Assembly: GCA_014762505.1 (NCBI GenBank)
Contig: JABURS010000018.1
Coordinates: 3,889-67,888, forward strand
Direction of reading: 5' to 3'
Origin: Chromatiales bacterium
GTDB lineage: Bacteria; Pseudomonadota; Gammaproteobacteria; SpSt-1174
Length of the DNA stretch: 64,000 nucleotides
Shown: one piece after another, positions 21,036 through 30,989 of the stretch
Numbering within the stretch: position 1 is the stretch's first letter
Layout: each line of letters begins with the position of its first letter
Translations under genes and position numbers: made by a program
The notes under the pieces: model-generated
Databases searched by the model: none
Told to the model about the DNA's origin: nothing
The model's input: the letters and a program-made list of their open reading frames with translations, nothing else

Positions 21036-21923
21036 ATGCCGGGACTGGAAGGCCTGATCGAGCGCGGCGAGCGCCTGCTGGCCCGCCTGGAGCAATGGAG
21101 CGGCACCAGCGCCGAGCCCGACTGGACGGCGCTGGCCTTCCAGTGGCAACACGCCGCCGGCCCCTGGCCGGCGGGCGGCCGCGGGCACCTGGCCCCCATC
21201 CACCACCCCCAGGCCGTGCAGCTGGATGACCTCCTGAACATCGAACGCCAGAAGCAGGCCCTGGTGCAGAACACCCGCCAGTTCCTCGCCGGGCTGCCGG
21301 CCAACAACGCCCTGCTCTCCGGCGCACGCGGTACCGGCAAGTCCTCGCTGGTCAAGGCCCTGCTCACCGCCTTCGCCGCCGAGGGGCTGCGCGTCATCGA
21401 GGTGGACAAGGCCCACCTGGTCGAGCTGCCGGCCATCGTCGCACCGCTGCGCGAGCGCCCCGAGCGCTTCCTCATCTACACCGACGACCTCTCCTTCGAG
21501 GCCGACGATGCGGCCTACAAGGCCCTCAAGGCGATACTCGACGGCTCGCTGCAGGCCCCGCCGGACAACGTGCTCATCTATGCCACCTCCAATCGCCGGC
21601 ACCTGATGCCCGAATTCATGGCGGAAAACCAGGCGGCGCGGATGATCGACGGCGAGCTGCACCCGGGCGAGGCCATCGAGGAGAAGGTGTCGCTCTCCGA
21701 ACGCTTCGGGCTATGGCTGTCCTTCTACCCGTTCTCGCAGGGCGATTACCTGGCCGTGGTACGGCACTGGGTCGCGAAGCTGGATGCACGCGGGGATGCG
21801 TTGAAGGGACTGGATGAAAAGGCGGCGGTGCAGTTCGCCACCCAGCGCGGCTCGCGCAGCGGCCGGGTGGCGCGACAGTTCGCCGCGGACTGGGTGGGAA
21901 GCCGGGGGCTGGCGGGGCGCTGA
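21036..21923 (+). CDS. AAA+ ATPase of DUF815 family
   Basis: Walker A GARGTGKSSL, Walker B LIYTDDLSF; 4-bp gap from upstream gene suggests operon with ettA and DUF155. Confidence 0.65.
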   Translation: MPGLEGLIERGERLLARLEQWSGTSAEPDWTALAFQWQHAAGPWPAGGRGHLAPIHHPQAVQLDDLLNIERQKQALVQNTRQFLAGLPANNALLSGARGTGKSSLVKALLTAFAAEGLRVIEVDKAHLVELPAIVAPLRERPERFLIYTDDLSFEADDAAYKALKAILDGSLQAPPDNVLIYATSNRRHLMPEFMAENQAARMIDGELHPGEAIEEKVSLSERFGLWLSFYPFSQGDYLAVVRHWVAKLDARGDALKGLDEKAAVQFATQRGSRSGRVARQFAADWVGSRGLAGR

Positions 21924-21927
21924 GGCG

Positions 21928-22521
21928 CTACTGCATGGTCCCGCCGGTCACGCTGTTGTAGTACTCCAGGGCCTTCTGGATGGCGAACAGCGGGGCCTCC
22001 TCCACGGACTCCGGCTCGGTGTGCAGGCGCACATCGGAGTAGTATTTGCGGAAGGCCAGCACGTGGATCGGCAGCTCCTTGGCAAAGAGCTCGTTGTGGT
22101 CGACGAAATGCTGCGCCAGGGCGATCACGGCCTGCGCCCGTTCCCGGGCCGACATCCCCGCCGAACAGGCCACCGCCACCTTCGGCATCTCCTGGGCACT
22201 GCCGGTGACCTCCACCGTCATCGCGTTGCCCGGCTGCTCCGGCTCACCCAGCTGCAGGTCCTTGTGGATGATGGTGTGACCCTTGGCACGGATGTGCTCG
22301 TAGGGCTGGTGTATCTTGCTCGACATGTTCACCGCCCAGAGATCCACGATCTCCTTGAGCTCCTCCGCGGCCACGTCGTTGCCCAGCTCGAACAGCGTCT
22401 GGGCAAGCAGCATGTCCCATACCCAGACCTGCCCGTACTCCGGCAGATCACCCTCCTGTGCCACCGCGATCACGGGGCTGTCGGACGGTTTGGCAGGCAG
22501 GGTCAGCTTGAACGTCACCAC
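21928..22521 (-). CDS. Hypothetical protein (197 aa), GTG start with strong SD
   Basis: AGGAGG 7 nt upstream of GTG at 22519-22521; the longer ORF upstream lacks an RBS; no recognised domain. Confidence 0.4.
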   Translation of the reverse strand: MVTFKLTLPAKPSDSPVIAVAQEGDLPEYGQVWVWDMLLAQTLFELGNDVAAEELKEIVDLWAVNMSSKIHQPYEHIRAKGHTIIHKDLQLGEPEQPGNAMTVEVTGSAQEMPKVAVACSAGMSARERAQAVIALAQHFVDHNELFAKELPIHVLAFRKYYSDVRLHTEPESVEEAPLFAIQKALEYYNSVTGGTMQ

Positions 22522-22747
22522 GGAATGGCCTCCTGGGTCTGAATTTGGCGTCGGGGCAGTATACCACCCGCAATCCAGGTACCGGGAAATTTGCCCATGC
22601 CCGCAGAAACTGTGAGTGCTCTCACGTTTCCCCCGGGCCCGACCCGCCACAATACCCTCCAGACAGCCACACACCTGAAACAGGGCAAACCCGTCGGAAG
22701 GCGGGGACGCAAAGCCACCGGTCCACTGGGATAGCGGGGTTGCCAGG

Positions 22748-23116
22748 ATGAACATGACGAACCGACTCAAACAGGCACTCATCACCACCCTACTGCTCGC
22801 AGCGGCGTCCGCGTCGGTCCACGCGGCAGAGGGCACCGGGACCTTCCCGGCCATCTCCCCCGATTACCACGAGAGCCCCTCGTTCTTCAGCGACGTGGGC
22901 GGGCGTGCCCTGCAGCTGGTCGGCTCGACCGCGCAGGTCTTCAACCGCAAGCTCGCGCATTCCATCAGCACCAGCAGCTTCCGCATGACCCCGGCCGACC
23001 TGCCGGCCCCGGAGAACTGGGACTACGAATACTGGGACTACGTGAAGGAACCCAAGAGCTACGTCATGCCCACCATGGAAGGCGGGCTGATGTTCGAGGT
23101 CCAGATCAAGTACTGA
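22748..23116 (+). CDS. Secreted hypothetical protein (signal peptide)
   Basis: MNMTNRLKQALITTLLLAAASASVHAAEG signal peptide; 122 aa; no recognised domain. Confidence 0.5.
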   Translation: MNMTNRLKQALITTLLLAAASASVHAAEGTGTFPAISPDYHESPSFFSDVGGRALQLVGSTAQVFNRKLAHSISTSSFRMTPADLPAPENWDYEYWDYVKEPKSYVMPTMEGGLMFEVQIKY

Positions 23117-23720
23117 TCCCGGCGCGGGCGCGCGCCGCCGCGCCCCGCCGCCACCACCCCGCCAGACGCACCCCCAGCAGGACCGCCAGGATCAGCGCGT
23201 AGACCAGCGGCTCGCGCACGTCCGCCTTCACCAGCCACCAGAAGTGAAGCACGCCCAGGATCGCCACCGGGTACACCAGCCGGTGCAGCGTCTTCCAGCG
23301 CCGGCCCAGGCGCCGCTGCATGCCCCGCGTCGAGGTCAGCGCCAGCGGCACCAAGCCGAGGAAGGCCAGCATGCCCAACGTGATGAACGGCCGCTCGATC
23401 ACATCCTCCACAATCCTTCCCCAGGCGAAGAACTGGTCCAGCCAGAGATAGGTGAGCAGGTGCAGGCAGGCATAAAAGAAGGCAAACAGGCCCACCATGC
23501 GCCGCAGCCGCAACGGCCAGGCCCAGCCGGATAAACGCCGCAACGGTGTCAGGGCCAGCGTTGCCAGCAGCAGCCGCAGGGTCCAGTCCCCCGTGTGGTG
23601 CGTGACCATCTCGATCGGGTTCACCCCGAGCCCACCCGTGAAGCCGTCATAGACCAGCAAGGCCAGCGGCAGCAGGCAGAGACTGAAGATGGCGGGTTTT
23701 AGTAGCGCCTTTGGCTGCAT
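23106..23720 (-). CDS. msrQ: Protein-methionine-sulfoxide reductase heme-binding subunit MsrQ (YedZ)
   Basis: Multi-TM ferric-reductase-like protein downstream of msrP; start MQPKALL at 23718-23720. Confidence 0.85.
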   Translation of the reverse strand: MQPKALLKPAIFSLCLLPLALLVYDGFTGGLGVNPIEMVTHHTGDWTLRLLLATLALTPLRRLSGWAWPLRLRRMVGLFAFFYACLHLLTYLWLDQFFAWGRIVEDVIERPFITLGMLAFLGLVPLALTSTRGMQRRLGRRWKTLHRLVYPVAILGVLHFWWLVKADVREPLVYALILAVLLGVRLAGWWRRGAAARARAGIST

Positions 23721-23895
23721 GATGGGTTTTGCGTTTTGGACGTCAGGCGAAAAGTCTGGGCGCCACCGAGGGCACAGCGTACACAGAGGCAACCCGGGCT
23801 AGTTCTTCCTCTGTGATCTCTGTGCCCTCGGCGGCTAAACCGTCTTCACGTCACACACGCGCCCCTCCTCACGCCTCTCTCTCCCCGCGCCCCAC

Positions 23896-24834
23896 TCAGA
23901 AGTTCCTGCGCAGGTCCATCCCGGCATACAGCGACGCCACCTGCTCGCCATAGCCGTTGAACAGCAGCGTGTCGCGCTTGCGGAACTCGCCGATGCGCCG
24001 TTCGGTAGCCTGGCTCCAGCGCGGGTGATCGACCTCGGGGTTCACGTTGGAATAAAAACCGTATTCGCGCGGGGCGGCCTTCATCCAGCTGCTGACCGGC
24101 TGCTCCTCGACGAAGCGGATACTCACGATGGACTTGATGCTCTTGAAGCCGTATTTCCACGGCACCACCAGCCGCAGCGGCGCGCCGTTCTGGTTCGGGA
24201 GCACGTCGCCATAGAGCCCGACCGCCAGGATGGTGAGCGGATGCATGGCCTCGTCCATGCGCAGCCCCTCCACGTAGGGCCAGTCCAGCACCTTTACGCG
24301 CTGGCCCGGCAGCATCTTCGGGTCATGCAGGGTCGTGAATTCGACATACTTCGCACGCGAGGTCGGCCGGGCCCGACGGATCACCTCGGCCAGAGGGAAG
24401 CCCACCCAGGGGATGACCATGGACCAGCCCTCCACGCAGCGCAGGCGATAGATGCGCTCCTCCAGGGCATGCGGGCGGATGAAGTCGTCGATGTCATAGA
24501 CGGCCGGTTTCTCGCACTCGCCCGCCACCGCCACCGACCAGGGACGCGGTTTCAGGTGCCCCGCAAAGCGCGCCGGGTCACGCTTGCCGGTGCCAAGCTC
24601 GTAGAAATTGTTGTAGTGCGTGACATCATGCAGTGAATTGGGCTTCTCGTCGGTGGAGAGCGGGCTGGCCGGTACGCCACCGAAGGCGGAGGCACGGGCC
24701 GTCACCACACTGCCCAACCCCGCCAGGGCCAGCCCGGCGCCCAGCGCGGACTTGAGGAAATCGCGGCGCTTCAGATACAGCGAGCGGGGCGTGATTTCGG
24801 AGGAAGGGATGTCCGTCGGGGGTCGAATCAGCAT
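23896..24834 (-). CDS. msrP: Protein-methionine-sulfoxide reductase catalytic subunit MsrP (YedY, molybdopterin)
   Basis: Tat signal [22 protein letters not shown]; sulfite-oxidase-family Moco domain; start at 24832-24834. Confidence 0.9.
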   Translation of the reverse strand: MLIRPPTDIPSSEITPRSLYLKRRDFLKSALGAGLALAGLGSVVTARASAFGGVPASPLSTDEKPNSLHDVTHYNNFYELGTGKRDPARFAGHLKPRPWSVAVAGECEKPAVYDIDDFIRPHALEERIYRLRCVEGWSMVIPWVGFPLAEVIRRARPTSRAKYVEFTTLHDPKMLPGQRVKVLDWPYVEGLRMDEAMHPLTILAVGLYGDVLPNQNGAPLRLVVPWKYGFKSIKSIVSIRFVEEQPVSSWMKAAPREYGFYSNVNPEVDHPRWSQATERRIGEFRKRDTLLFNGYGEQVASLYAGMDLRRNF

Positions 24835-25060
24835 GGCTTGCCTCGTTGTCGGGTATACGGTGGTGGCAGGGTCTATTCCAGTTGGACGCAGCCACCCCGC
24901 CGTGGTTCCCCCTATCCAGCAGATGGTATTGCACGAAATCATATGCCGGAAAATCCATAAAATTTATTGCGGGCTGATAAAAATATTTTGGTGTTCGACA
25001 ACCGGCAATATCGGTATATATCCGCGCAATTGAGACCCCAACACAGGCGAGGATCCTTTC

Positions 25061-25264
25061 ATGGCCAACGTGAATGAATCGATGCTCCTGGATGACATGG
25101 ACGACACCGCGAGCACGCTGGAAGCCGTCAATGACGACAAGTCGAAGGACCGGTCGCGTGCCCGCCGCTCGCTCGAGGAATACCTCGAGAAAAAGGCGCT
25201 GAAGTCCCGTCTGCGCGACACCTATCGCGATGACAACCTGGACCTGAGCGAGCTGGGCTGGTAA
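25061..25264 (+). CDS. Small acidic hypothetical protein (67 aa)
   Basis: GAGGA RBS upstream, followed by a strong terminator; acidic N-terminus, basic middle. Confidence 0.45.
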   Translation: MANVNESMLLDDMDDTASTLEAVNDDKSKDRSRARRSLEEYLEKKALKSRLRDTYRDDNLDLSELGW

Positions 25265-25298
25265 CAGCCCCCTGAACGGCACGGAACTGCACGGCTGA

Positions 25299-25334
25299 CA
25301 AAAAGGCCCCCGACTCGCGTCGGGGGCCTTTTTC
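25299..25334. terminator. Bidirectional rho-independent terminator (small ORF on +, purL on -)
   Basis: AAAAA-GGCCCCCGAC-TCGC-GTCGGGGGCC-TTTTT. Confidence 0.85.
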
Positions 25335-25356
25335 GTATCGGCGACACATCCGGTCA

Positions 25357-28300
25357 CTAGCCGACCCACACCCGCGCATTGCGGAACATGCGCAGCCAGG
25401 GGCCCTCCTCGCCCCAGTCCCCCGGGTGCCAGGAATACTGCACGGCGCGGAACACGCGCTCGGGGTGCGGCATCATGATCGTGAAGCGCCCGTCCTCGGT
25501 GGTGAGACCGGTGATGCCCGCCGGCGAGCCGTTGGGGTTTTCCGGATAGTGCTCGGTGGCCTGGCCGTGGTTGTCCACGTAGCGCAGCGCCACCAGCCCC
25601 GCATCCTGCGCGGCGGCCGGCGAACCGGCATCGAACACCGCGCGACCCTCGCCGTGTGCCACCGCGATGGGCAGCCGCGAGCCCTGCATGCCCTGGAGGA
25701 AGATGGAGGGGCTCTCCAGCACCTCCACCAGGCTCAGGCGCGCCTCGAACTGTTCGGAGCGGTTGCGCATGAAGCGCGGCCAGTGGCCGGCGCCCGGGAT
25801 CAGCTCGCGCAGCTGGGAGAAGGCCTGGCAGCCGTTGCACACGCCCAGTCCGAAGCTGTCATCGCGCCGGAAGAAGGCCTCGAAGGCATCGCGTGCCTGC
25901 GGATTGAAGAGGATGGACTTGGCCCAGCCACCACCGGCCCCCAGCACGTCGCCGTAGGAGAAACCGCCGCAGGCCACCAGGCCCTTGTACTCGGCCAGGT
26001 CCACCGCACCGGCGATGACGTCCGACATGTGCACGTCCACCGGGGCGAAGCCCGCGCGGTGGAAGGCTGCCGCCATCTCCACCTGCCCGTTCACCCCCTG
26101 CTCGCGCAGGATCGCCACCTGGGGCCGCACACCGGTGTTGATGTATGGCGCGGCCACGTCCTCGGTGAGTTCGAAGCCGAGCACGGGGGACAGGCCCGGA
26201 TCGTCCTGCGCGATGCGCTCGAACTCCTGGGCCGCACAGTCGGCGTTGTCGCGCAGGGCCTGCAGGCGGTAACTGGTCTCGCTCCAGGCCTGCTGCAGGG
26301 CAACGCGCGTGTTCTCGTAGATCACCTTTCCGCCGTGGCTGATCACCAGTGCATCCCGGCTGTTCAGACCGCCGATCACGTGGGTGTAATGCGCAAGGCC
26401 GTTCTGGTGCAGCGCCTCCAGCACGGCGTCGAGATCGGCGTGGCGCACCTGGAGCACGGCGCCCAGCTCCTCGTTGAAGAGCGCGGCCACCGGGTCGTCG
26501 CCCAGGTCGTCGAGCTGCAGGTCCACCCCCGTGTGGCCGGCAAAGGCCATCTCGCAGACCGTCGCCAGCAGGCCGCCGTCGGAGCGGTCGTGGTAGGCCA
26601 GCAGCAGGCCATCGCGATTGAGGTCCTGGATGGCGCGGAAGAAGGCACGCATGGCCTCGGGACTGTCGAGATCCGGGGCGTGGTGACCCACCTGCTTGTA
26701 GACCTGCGCCAGGGCGGAGCCCGCCATGCGCTGCGAGCCGCGACCGAGATCGATGAGGATCAGGTCGCTGTCGCCGACGTCGGTGCGCAGCTGCGGGGTG
26801 AGGGTGCGGCGCACGTCGGTCACCGGGGCAAAGGCCGAGATGATGAGCGACAGCGGTCCGGTGACGGCCCGCTGCTCGCCGCCCTCCTCCCAGACGGTCT
26901 TCATGGACAAGGAGTCCTTGCCCACCGGTATGGCCAGGCCCAGGGCCGGGCACAATTCCTCGCCGATGGTCTTCACCGTATCGAACAGGGCGGCATCCTC
27001 GCCCGGATGGCCGGCGGCGGCCATCCAGTTGGCCGACAGGCGCACGTCGGCGAGCTCGCCGATGGCGGCGGCCGCGATGTTGGTAAGCGCCTCGCCCAGA
27101 GCCATGCGCCCGGAGGCCGGGGCGTGCACCAGCGCGATCGGCGTGCGTTCGCCCATGGCCATGGCCTCACCGGCGTGCCCCTTGTAGTCGGCGCAGGTCA
27201 CGGCCACGTCGGCCACCGGCACCTGCCAGGGGCCGACCATCTGGTCGCGTGTGACCATGCCGGTGACGGTGCGATCACCGATGGTGATGAGAAAGGACTT
27301 GGATGCCACCGACGGCAGGCGCAGCACGCGTTCCACCGCATCGGCGACGTCGACCTTCGAGGTATCGAACTCGGGCTTCGGGAAAGGGTGGTGATGCACG
27401 TCGCGCAGCATCTTCGGCGCCTTGCCAAGCAGCACCTCCAGCGGCAGGTTGACCGGCTCGTTCTCGAAGTGGGCGTCGCCCACCAGCAGCTCCTGCTCCT
27501 GGGTGGTCTGGCCGACCACGGCATAGGGGCAGCGCTCACGCTCGCAGAGGCGCTCGAAGGCCTCCAGGCGCTCGGGGGCAATGGCCAGCACGTAGCGTTC
27601 CTGGGCCTCGTTGCACCAGATCTCCATCGGCGACATGCCGGGCTCGTCGCAGGGCACGGTGCGCAGCTCGAAGCGCCCGCCGCGGCCGGCGTCGTTGATG
27701 ATCTCGGGGATGGCGTTGGACAGGCCGCCCGCGCCCACGTCGTGGATGGACAGGATCGGGCTGTCGATACCCATGGCGGTGCAACGGTCGATCACCTCCT
27801 GGGCGCGACGCTGCATCTCCGGGTTGCCGCGCTGCACGGAGGCGAAATCGAGGTCCTCGGTGCTCTCGCCGCTGGCCATGGACGAGGCCGCCCCACCGCC
27901 CAGGCCGATCAGCATGGCCGGGCCGCCCAGCACCACGATGGGCGTACCCTCGGGCAGGCGGCGCTTCTCCACGTGTGTCCCGCGGATGTTGCCCACCCCA
28001 CCGGCGAGCATGATCGGCTTGTGATAGCCGCGGATCTCCTCGCCGGTCGGACCCGGCACCTTCTCCTCGAAGGTGCGGAAATAGCCGGCGATGTTCGGCC
28101 GGCCGAACTCATTGTTGAAGGCGGCGGCCCCGATCGGACCCTCCAGCATGATCTCCAGCGCCGAGGCGATGCGCGCCGGCTTGCCGTGGTCCGTCTCCCA
28201 GGGCTGCTCGAAGCCCGGGATGCGCAGGTTGGAGACCGAGAAGCCGCACAGCCCGGCCTTGGGCTTGCTGCCCGAGCCGGTGGCGCCCTCGTCGCGGATC

Positions 28301-29235
28301 TCCCCGCCTGCGCCGGTGGCGGCACCCGGGAAGGGCGAGATTGCCGTCGGGTGATTGTGGGTCTCCACCTTCATCAGCATGTGGACGTCCTCGTCCACGT
28401 AGTCGTACTCGCCGGTGGCCGGGTCCGGGAAGAAGCGGCTGGCCGGCGAGCCCTTCACGATGGAGGCATTGTCCTTGTAGGCCGACAGCACACCGTTGGG
28501 CGACTTGTTGTAGGTGTTGCGGATCATCGCAAACAGCGACTTGGGCTGGCGCTCGCCGTCGATGATCCAGTCGGCATTGAAGATCTTGTGGCGGCAGTGT
28601 TCCGAGTTCGCCTGGGCGAACATCATCAGCTCCACATCGGTGGGATTGCGCCCAAGCTCCTGGTAGTTCTCCGCCAGGTAGTCGATCTCGTCGTCGGACA
28701 GTGCCAGACCCAGCTCGCGGTTGGCCGTCGCCAGTGCCACGCGGGCATCGCCCGCGATGTCCACCGTGCGCAGCGGGCGCGGCGCCTCGCGCACGAACAG
28801 GCGCTCCGCCTCGGCAAGCTCGTGGAACACCCGCTCGATCATGCGGTCGTGGATCAGGGGCCGGACCCGGGTCAGGACGGCGTCATCGAACTCGCCGGTC
28901 AGGTAGTAGGCGATACCACGCTCGATGCGATGGATCGCCGACAACCCGCAGTTATGGGCGATGTCGGTGGCCTTGCTCGCCCAGGGCGAGATGGTGCCGG
29001 GACGGGGGATCACCAGGCAGAGCCGGCCTTCCGGGGCCGCCGCCGGGGCCTCGCCATAGTCCAGCAGGCGCGCCAGCACGGTCTGCTCCTCCGCGCTCAG
29101 GGCCCGGTCGGTGTCGACGAAATGGACATAGGCCGCCGTCAGGTCCAGGACCTCCGGCGCCACGGTGCGGATGGATTCCAGCAGGCGGGTGCGGCGAAAC
29201 GCCGAGAGCGCCGCGCTTCCAGTGATTACGAGCAT
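25357..29235 (-). CDS. purL: Phosphoribosylformylglycinamidine synthase (large single-chain PurL)
   Basis: 1292 aa; N-terminal [14 protein letters not shown]... like E. coli PurL; C-terminal glutamine amidotransferase domain (GVCNGCQ). Confidence 0.97.
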   Translation of the reverse strand: MLVITGSAALSAFRRTRLLESIRTVAPEVLDLTAAYVHFVDTDRALSAEEQTVLARLLDYGEAPAAAPEGRLCLVIPRPGTISPWASKATDIAHNCGLSAIHRIERGIAYYLTGEFDDAVLTRVRPLIHDRMIERVFHELAEAERLFVREAPRPLRTVDIAGDARVALATANRELGLALSDDEIDYLAENYQELGRNPTDVELMMFAQANSEHCRHKIFNADWIIDGERQPKSLFAMIRNTYNKSPNGVLSAYKDNASIVKGSPASRFFPDPATGEYDYVDEDVHMLMKVETHNHPTAISPFPGAATGAGGEIRDEGATGSGSKPKAGLCGFSVSNLRIPGFEQPWETDHGKPARIASALEIMLEGPIGAAAFNNEFGRPNIAGYFRTFEEKVPGPTGEEIRGYHKPIMLAGGVGNIRGTHVEKRRLPEGTPIVVLGGPAMLIGLGGGAASSMASGESTEDLDFASVQRGNPEMQRRAQEVIDRCTAMGIDSPILSIHDVGAGGLSNAIPEIINDAGRGGRFELRTVPCDEPGMSPMEIWCNEAQERYVLAIAPERLEAFERLCERERCPYAVVGQTTQEQELLVGDAHFENEPVNLPLEVLLGKAPKMLRDVHHHPFPKPEFDTSKVDVADAVERVLRLPSVASKSFLITIGDRTVTGMVTRDQMVGPWQVPVADVAVTCADYKGHAGEAMAMGERTPIALVHAPASGRMALGEALTNIAAAAIGELADVRLSANWMAAAGHPGEDAALFDTVKTIGEELCPALGLAIPVGKDSLSMKTVWEEGGEQRAVTGPLSLIISAFAPVTDVRRTLTPQLRTDVGDSDLILIDLGRGSQRMAGSALAQVYKQVGHHAPDLDSPEAMRAFFRAIQDLNRDGLLLAYHDRSDGGLLATVCEMAFAGHTGVDLQLDDLGDDPVAALFNEELGAVLQVRHADLDAVLEALHQNGLAHYTHVIGGLNSRDALVISHGGKVIYENTRVALQQAWSETSYRLQALRDNADCAAQEFERIAQDDPGLSPVLGFELTEDVAAPYINTGVRPQVAILREQGVNGQVEMAAAFHRAGFAPVDVHMSDVIAGAVDLAEYKGLVACGGFSYGDVLGAGGGWAKSILFNPQARDAFEAFFRRDDSFGLGVCNGCQAFSQLRELIPGAGHWPRFMRNRSEQFEARLSLVEVLESPSIFLQGMQGSRLPIAVAHGEGRAVFDAGSPAAAQDAGLVALRYVDNHGQATEHYPENPNGSPAGITGLTTEDGRFTIMMPHPERVFRAVQYSWHPGDWGEEGPWLRMFRNARVWVG

Positions 29236-29354
29236 GATTCCCCAGGTCCGGCAAGCATCGAAAAAGAGCCGAAATGATAAAGGAAACGCCCTTCCCACGC
29301 ACGCCGGATGACAGGGAACCTGCCGGCAGTTACACTGTCATACGTATCAACCAC

Positions 29355-29713
29355 GGGGGCGACACGGCTTCGACGTGGGTTACAAAACCTGAGGTGCATG
29401 CCGAGGTGACAGCGTAGCCTCGTAAATCCAACTGCTGTATGTAAATAGTTGCCAACGACGACAACTACGCTCTCGCGGCCTAATTAGCCGCTTGCCTTTG
29501 CCCGTCTGTGCCCATGCGGGTGGAACAAAGGTCATATACATGGGATCGCGGTGAGGTCTGCCTTGGAGCCGACCCGTTAAATCCAAATCCGGGCTCGCCT
29601 TGCATGTCCATGTTCGTCGGGACATGCCGGGTTAAAACAAAGACGAAACTAAGCATGTAGTACCAAGGGCAGAGGGCTCGCGGACGCGGGTTCGATTCCC
29701 GCCGCCTCCACCA
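29355..29713 (+). ncRNA. ssrA: tmRNA (SsrA), tag peptide ANDDNYALAA
   Basis: 5' GGGGGCGACACGGCTTCGACG, resume/tag ORF gcc aac gac gac aac tac gct ctc gcg gcc taa at 29447-29479, 3' tRNA-like GGACGCGGGTTCGATTCCCGCCGCCTCCACCA. Confidence 0.95.
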
Positions 29714-29715
29714 AA

Positions 29716-29748
29716 CAAAAGGCCACCCCACAAGGGTGGCCTTTTTTT
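29716..29748 (+). terminator. Rho-independent terminator of ssrA
   Basis: GGCCACCC-CACA-AGGGTGGCC followed by TTTTTTT. Confidence 0.85.
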
Positions 29749-29859
29749 GTGGGCGATTCCTGATCCATCCTGGTCGAAGTGGCCCATGGATGGCTTTTCT
29801 GTACGTCAGAATCTGACTATCGTGTACCAGATGACACCAGGCAGTCAGGACTCTCCTCC

Positions 29860-30480
29860 ATGAATGATTGCTGCAACGACAAGGCCTGCGAGATCGAGGC
29901 GCTGCATGGCCGCCAGCGTTCGACGCTGCTGATCGTGCTGGCCATCAATGCCGTGATGTTCGCCGTGGAACTGACGGCCGGGCTGCTCGCCGGCTCGGTC
30001 TCGCTGGTGGCGGACTCGCTGGACATGCTGGGCGATGCCCTGGTGTATGGCTTCAGCCTCTACGTGATCGCGCGCGGTGCGCGGATGAAGGCCATGGCCG
30101 CCCTGGTGAAGGGCGGGATCATGGCAGCCTTCGGGCTGTTCGTGCTGGGACAGGCGGTTTACCGGATCCTGGTGCCGCAGCTGCCGGTGGTCGAGGCGAT
30201 GGGGGCCATCGGCCTGCTCGCGCTGGCGGCCAACGCCCTGTGCCTGGCCCTGCTCTGGCGGCATCGGACCGACGACCTCAACATGCACTCCGTCTGGCTC
30301 TGCTCGCGCAACGACATCATCGCGAACCTGTCGGTGCTGGTGGCAGCCCTGGGCGTGTGGCTGGCCGGCTCGGGCTGGCCGGACATCCTCGTCGGCCTGG
30401 CCCTGGCCCTGCTGTTCCTGCGTTCGGCGCTGCAGGTGCTGCGCGCATCCCTCGCGGAGCTGCGCACCGCCCGCGCCTGA
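29860..30480 (+). CDS. Cation diffusion facilitator (CDF) family metal efflux transporter
   Basis: TM-rich, LxxDSLDMLGDA and HxxxD motifs typical of CzcD/ZitB; start MNDCC at 29860. Confidence 0.8.
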   Translation: MNDCCNDKACEIEALHGRQRSTLLIVLAINAVMFAVELTAGLLAGSVSLVADSLDMLGDALVYGFSLYVIARGARMKAMAALVKGGIMAAFGLFVLGQAVYRILVPQLPVVEAMGAIGLLALAANALCLALLWRHRTDDLNMHSVWLCSRNDIIANLSVLVAALGVWLAGSGWPDILVGLALALLFLRSALQVLRASLAELRTARA

Positions 30481-30605
30481 CGGTCCCGTGGTGCGACAAA
30501 GTCGCCCGGGGACAAAAAAGTGACGGGGTTCTTTCCCTTCGCCGGTCAATATCAGCAAAATCCGGTGCTATATACCCATCAATCACCCCATGAGGATGCC
30601 CTGTC

Positions 30606-30962
30606 ATGATGCACGCTACCCGCCTGCGCCGCGCCGTCGTCTTCCCCCTGGTCATCACCTTTCTGCTCGGTGGCCTGGTGGGCCAGACTGCGGTGGCCGG
30701 CATGATCGGCACCGATGCCGTACTCGCCGAGCGGGCCGAGCTGGACGAGCGCGCCAGGATTCAGGCCCTGCTCGATCGCGAGGACGTGCAGGAAAAGCTG
30801 GTGGAATACGGTGTCTCGCCGGAGACAGCGGCCGAGCGCGTCGCGGCGATGACCCGCGAGGAAGTGCAGAAAATGGCGCAGGACATCGACGAACTGCCCG
30901 CAGGCGGCAGCGCCGTGACCCTGCTGCTGGTGATCATCATCCTGCTCCTGCTGCTGCGCTAG
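30606..30962 (+). CDS. Small membrane-anchored hypothetical protein (N- and C-terminal hydrophobic segments)
   Basis: GAGGA RBS; MMHATRLRRAVVFPLVITFLLGGLV... and C-terminal LLLVIIILLLLL. Confidence 0.5.
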   Translation: MMHATRLRRAVVFPLVITFLLGGLVGQTAVAGMIGTDAVLAERAELDERARIQALLDREDVQEKLVEYGVSPETAAERVAAMTREEVQKMAQDIDELPAGGSAVTLLLVIIILLLLLR

Positions 30963-30989
30963 GCAGGCCTACCCCCACCAGCGCCCCCG

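Noticed and set aside
25426-29277. 1283-aa ORF on the + strand
   Set aside because: It is antisense to purL, which has an unambiguous full-length match. It is a GC-rich antisense artefact. The same applies to 31131..34157+ (antisense to the P-type ATPase), 4461..5930+ (antisense to gltX), 14698..16551+ (antisense to glyA/nrdR), 18407..20353- (antisense to ettA) and similar long ORFs.
29355-29713. Genomic island at ssrA
   Set aside because: No integrase, no duplicated ssrA 3' end, and the downstream genes are housekeeping-like.
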